Below, in pieces: positions 60,734-64,000 of a stretch of 64,000 nucleotides of DNA; positions within the stretch are counted from its first letter, which is position 1; every line of letters starts with the position of its first letter. A program made the translations under genes and the position numbers. The stretch covers positions 124,001 to 188,000 of the forward strand of contig QPGO01000005.1 of NCBI GenBank assembly GCA_008632985.1. The letters run 5' to 3'. Source of the stretch: Psammoneis japonica (taxonomy: Eukaryota). The notes beneath the pieces are model-generated. The model was given only the letters and a program-made list of their open reading frames with translations. It was not told where the DNA came from and did no database searches.

Positions 60734-61933
60734 TTAGCCTACTACAGCTATGGGTCCTTCCTTGTTGTACATGGCTAACTCCCACGTATTGGAGTTGTCT
60801 TTGCGAGAAAACACCACTGGACTGTCGTAACCTCTACCAAACACATCGCTACACTTGACCTTGAGTAGAAACTGAAATGTCTTTCGTACATTGTCGCAAA
60901 AGTCGTCTTCCTCGAGTGTTGGTGAGGTTGACGTCTTGGGGAGTAACTGGTGATCCGCAAGTCTCAATAGTTTTCCAAATCGTGGCCTTGGTCGAAAGTA
61001 AAAGGGGCGAATCACAATGCAATCTGACAAGGATGAATGAATCATGAAGAGTTGATCGTTTGCTCCGGCCCATAGACGAGCCGAGCGCAGTTCCTGGCAT
61101 GGTCCAACGACGGTCCGATCCACCTTTGCCAAGGACACTTCTCCAGTACTCACATTGATTCCTAAGCCACGAGCAATGGGCTGGTTGTATCCCGTGTCAT
61201 TCATGCAGGTGATTGCGCACGTCTTGAGAGTCATTCTGATGTAATCTCGCTCTTCCGTTGCCACTTGCGTTAATGTATCCATCAAAAAGTTGGATAGCTC
61301 GCGGGACGACCCTTGTCCATCCTCAAAGCCGCCGACAATGTGAATATCCATTTCGATGATTCCAGAAGAACAGTCTTTGCCCAAGTGACGACGTTTGTGA
61401 TGCTGAATCATGCCTTCAATACACTCATGGTATCCTGTCCAGTCCACATGAGCCATCGACACCAGAGGCTCACTTTTCATATCGTCCTTGACGGTACTTC
61501 TCAAAGCCAAAATGTGGCAGGTTGTAGCTCTGTCACTGGCAACGACATCACACTGCGATGCAACCGCATGCGCTACTTCACCTTGTCCCACGTACAGTAA
61601 TCGTTCGGGAGACGTGGACGAAAAGAATCTCGTTGGTTTTCGAAAAAGATTCTGGGCGCTGTTCCACAGCTGCGGAACCAATCTCAAGTGCTTGTCGATC
61701 AGTATGCAAGGGGAAACGAAGAATGCAGACGGCAAATGCAGTCGCTCCTGAACTCCGTTCTTGCATGATGAGGCTATAGAGCTGATTCCATTGTGCTGTT
61801 CAAGCAAAATATTTGTCGGGACCGTCAATGCCGGCGTTGGTTTCGCACGTTTCAAAGATGAATGAGACTGTTTCGAACAAAATTGATCAAACCGTTCGAG
61901 AGAAGGATGATTCGCAACCAATGAGTTATCCAT
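60734..61933 (-). CDS. NTAN1: Protein N-terminal asparagine amidohydrolase
   Basis: LLYVGQGEVA, SDRATTCHILALR, MAHVD, HIVGGFED, STSPTLE. Confidence 0.88.
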   Translation of the reverse strand: MDNSLVANHPSLERFDQFCSKQSHSSLKRAKPTPALTVPTNILLEQHNGISSIASSCKNGVQERLHLPSAFFVSPCILIDKHLRLVPQLWNSAQNLFRKPTRFFSSTSPERLLYVGQGEVAHAVASQCDVVASDRATTCHILALRSTVKDDMKSEPLVSMAHVDWTGYHECIEGMIQHHKRRHLGKDCSSGIIEMDIHIVGGFEDGQGSSRELSNFLMDTLTQVATEERDYIRMTLKTCAITCMNDTGYNQPIARGLGINVSTGEVSLAKVDRTVVGPCQELRSARLWAGANDQLFMIHSSLSDCIVIRPFYFRPRPRFGKLLRLADHQLLPKTSTSPTLEEDDFCDNVRKTFQFLLKVKCSDVFGRGYDSPVVFSRKDNSNTWELAMYNKEGPIAVVG

Positions 61934-62262
61934 CTTTGCGCATCAACTAGGAACTTGGTTCTCAATTCCACAATGCTGGTATTCGTACAGTAGCAGAAAC
62001 TTTTGCAAGGAAAGGACGTCCCAATGCTGGTCCAATGGCAATGTTGCTTCCGTTCAAGAAGGAACAGAACAACATGCTTCGGCACTTCGGGCGCACGTCG
62101 GAGGGAGGCCACGTCATACAGAAAGTTCTACACAGCTGTCGTATGTGACGTTTTGCATGACGTGGTATTTTGCCCCAGTCCATCCGTCCTTCCATCCCCC
62201 TTTCCCGCTTTTTTTTGTTGGAAGTTTCAAGTTGCATCCAAAAGATACATATGAGATGAAAG

Positions 62263-62923
62263 ATGCGGTTCGTCAACATGTCAGTCACCACTACTGTTAG
62301 TACCTTTCTGCTTTTACTTGCATGCCCCCTTTCAACTCTTGCGTTAAATGTGTCATTGCCGGTGGGTCGGGTGAATTTGGTCGATTGCTGGCATCAAAAT
62401 TAGACGCAGCACGACACGACGTTACCATTTTGACACGAAATGCCTACTTGGCGTCTGCACCGAACCGTGTCACGGAAGCGTTTGGCTACGTTGGCCTACC
62501 CTTTTGGAGAAGCATCCTCGAGTCTCATTGCGTGACTGGGACGGTGGGGATTTGCTCGACATTGTGGGAAAAGATTGGGTCGGTTGGCAAGACGACACAC
62601 TCAAGAATGCTGATTGCGTTGTGAATATGGTGGGTGGGTATACTGAGCAACGCACCATGGCTACGGAACGGATTGTAAGAGAATCCTTACGAGTCAATCC
62701 GTCGGCACTACAAATCACAGTCAGTCCACGGGAGGAGGACTTGCCAATCATTTCACCTGGAATGCCGACAATGAAGCAACAAAGGCTGAACGAATGCGAA
62801 GACATGGTGAAAGCGAACTGCATGAACTCTATCTGTTTGAGATTGGAGTGCAATCTTTTTGAACAGAATTGCGATGAGATTGTAAAAGCTATTGAAAGTC
62901 AAGCAAGGGTGAAGGTAGAGTAG
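62263..62923 (+). CDS. Rossmann-fold NAD(P)-binding protein with signal peptide (apparent frameshifts)
   Basis: CVIAGGSGEFG, VTILTR, ADCVVNMVGG. Confidence 0.75.
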
Positions 62924-62986
62924 AGAGTAGGTGGTCAAAATACCGTCAAGATGTCAGAAATCTCCAATAAGAAAAGCTAACGCCGT

Positions 62987-64000
62987 TTACCATCTAGTAT
63001 CAATCACCATTGTACTGTTGCTGCTGGTATCAGTTTGTAGAGACGGCACAATGTGGTATCGAGTATGCAGTATTTGTTGCGCGTCGTTCCCGAACGGACC
63101 TCCTGTTGCAACAAGGTTGGGATTGTCGTAGAGTGCGGGCAACCTTTTGTTTTCAAAACTCATGGTCGCAGCACGAGACTGCTGTGTCTTTTTCATTACC
63201 TTTTGAGTCTCTTGAACGCGATGTCGTGTCTCGGTAGGTGTCTCTCGCTGTTGAGTCATGAGGGTTCCGGCACGCACTTGTCCGCCACCATTCGGACAAC
63301 CTGAAGGACACGCCATTGCCTCAATGTAATGATAAGGAGATTCATCGTCGTCAGTACTCTTGAAAGGCTGCAAAACTCGTTGAATGTTTTGCAACCCATA
63401 GGCGGTCGCGAAACGTAAAACAGCAGAGCTATCCGGTTGTTCCTCTTGACACGAATAGCTTCCGTCTGCATGTCGATAGAGGGCAGCTTCAAAAAAGTCA
63501 GCGTTTCGATTTTGGGAGGCGACAACCCGGGCGCTCTGAATTCGTGCCTTGCGTAACTGAGAAATGACGGGTTTCCAAGGGACAGTCGTCACATGATATC
63601 CAAAGAGTTCACGTGCGGCAAACCGAAAGACAAAGTCGGCGTATCCTCCAGAACCAAATGGATAAAACGCCGGCTTGGACGACTGAACACCATTCTCAAT
63701 AATAGATTCTCGGAATCGAAACACTTGAAGGTGTTCATATCTGAAACCAACAAAGGTCCCGTCTGGCCGTCCAGTTTAAAGTCCCAAACATTTTCGACGG
63801 GAGAGAGTGAGAATGTTTCTAGATATGCTCGAATCTCGTGCGGCAGAACGCCACTGCTTTCTTCGGCAACTGGATGAACCATCTTTTGCATTACGTCTTT
63901 TCCTTGAGCAGGTCCAACCACTCCTGTGTTGTAATGACAAGATCAGTATCCGGCACGTCGTCGTGTTGCGCCAAGTCCTTTCGGGAGGCTTCGAGTTTCT
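62987..64000 (-). CDS. NAR1: Cytosolic Fe-S assembly factor NAR1/NARF, C-terminal part
   Basis: GSGGYA, FATAYGLQNIQ, YIEAMACPSGCPNGGGQ, LHTRYH, terminal Trp. Confidence 0.92.

Noticed and set aside
24609..64000. Many frameshifts in otherwise intact genes, read as pseudogenisation or programmed frameshifting
   Set aside because: They hit conserved housekeeping-type genes (NAR1, bromodomain protein), are single-base and often in short homopolymers, which fits long-read indel errors. Such errors would not explain the TA-specific transitions.
62987..64000. [FeFe]-hydrogenase
   Set aside because: GSGGY, YGxxNIQ and the terminal Trp indicate NAR1/NARF, a routine eukaryotic gene.

Overview
Eukaryotic genomic DNA, most likely from a diatom: short GT-AG introns, bipartite 'AF/SFAP' plastid-type presequences, compact head-to-head genes. 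The window has two compartments. (1) Gene-dense normal sequence at ~17.7-30.3 kb and 38.3-64 kb with about 20 genes: Cys-repeat secreted protein, PhyH-type dioxygenase, sulfotransferase, DUF1295, MOT2-like transporter, multicopper oxidase, galectin-RRM protein, BCAT, mitochondrial carrier, EEP nuclease, bromodomain-ET protein, Mpv17, BAHD transferase, OSCA/TMC-like channel, RPB10, NTAN1, NAR1 and others. Many carry single-base frameshifts that look like assembly indel errors. (2) Two transposon-derived blocks, ~1-17.5 kb and ~30.6-38.3 kb. The first holds a gypsy LTR element and two copies of a small pol-less copia-like LTR element. The main discovery is that these blocks have lost almost all TpA dinucleotides. 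LTR pairs, an inverted-repeat pair and conserved RT/integrase motifs (Tyr->Cys/His) show directional TpA->TpG/CpA transitions, the reverse of fungal RIP. The effect is confined to repeats, has sharp borders and is decoupled from ordinary CpG decay. This points to a candidate repeat-targeted A:T->G:C hypermutation (genome defence) process. All counts are manual and approximate; no database searches were run.
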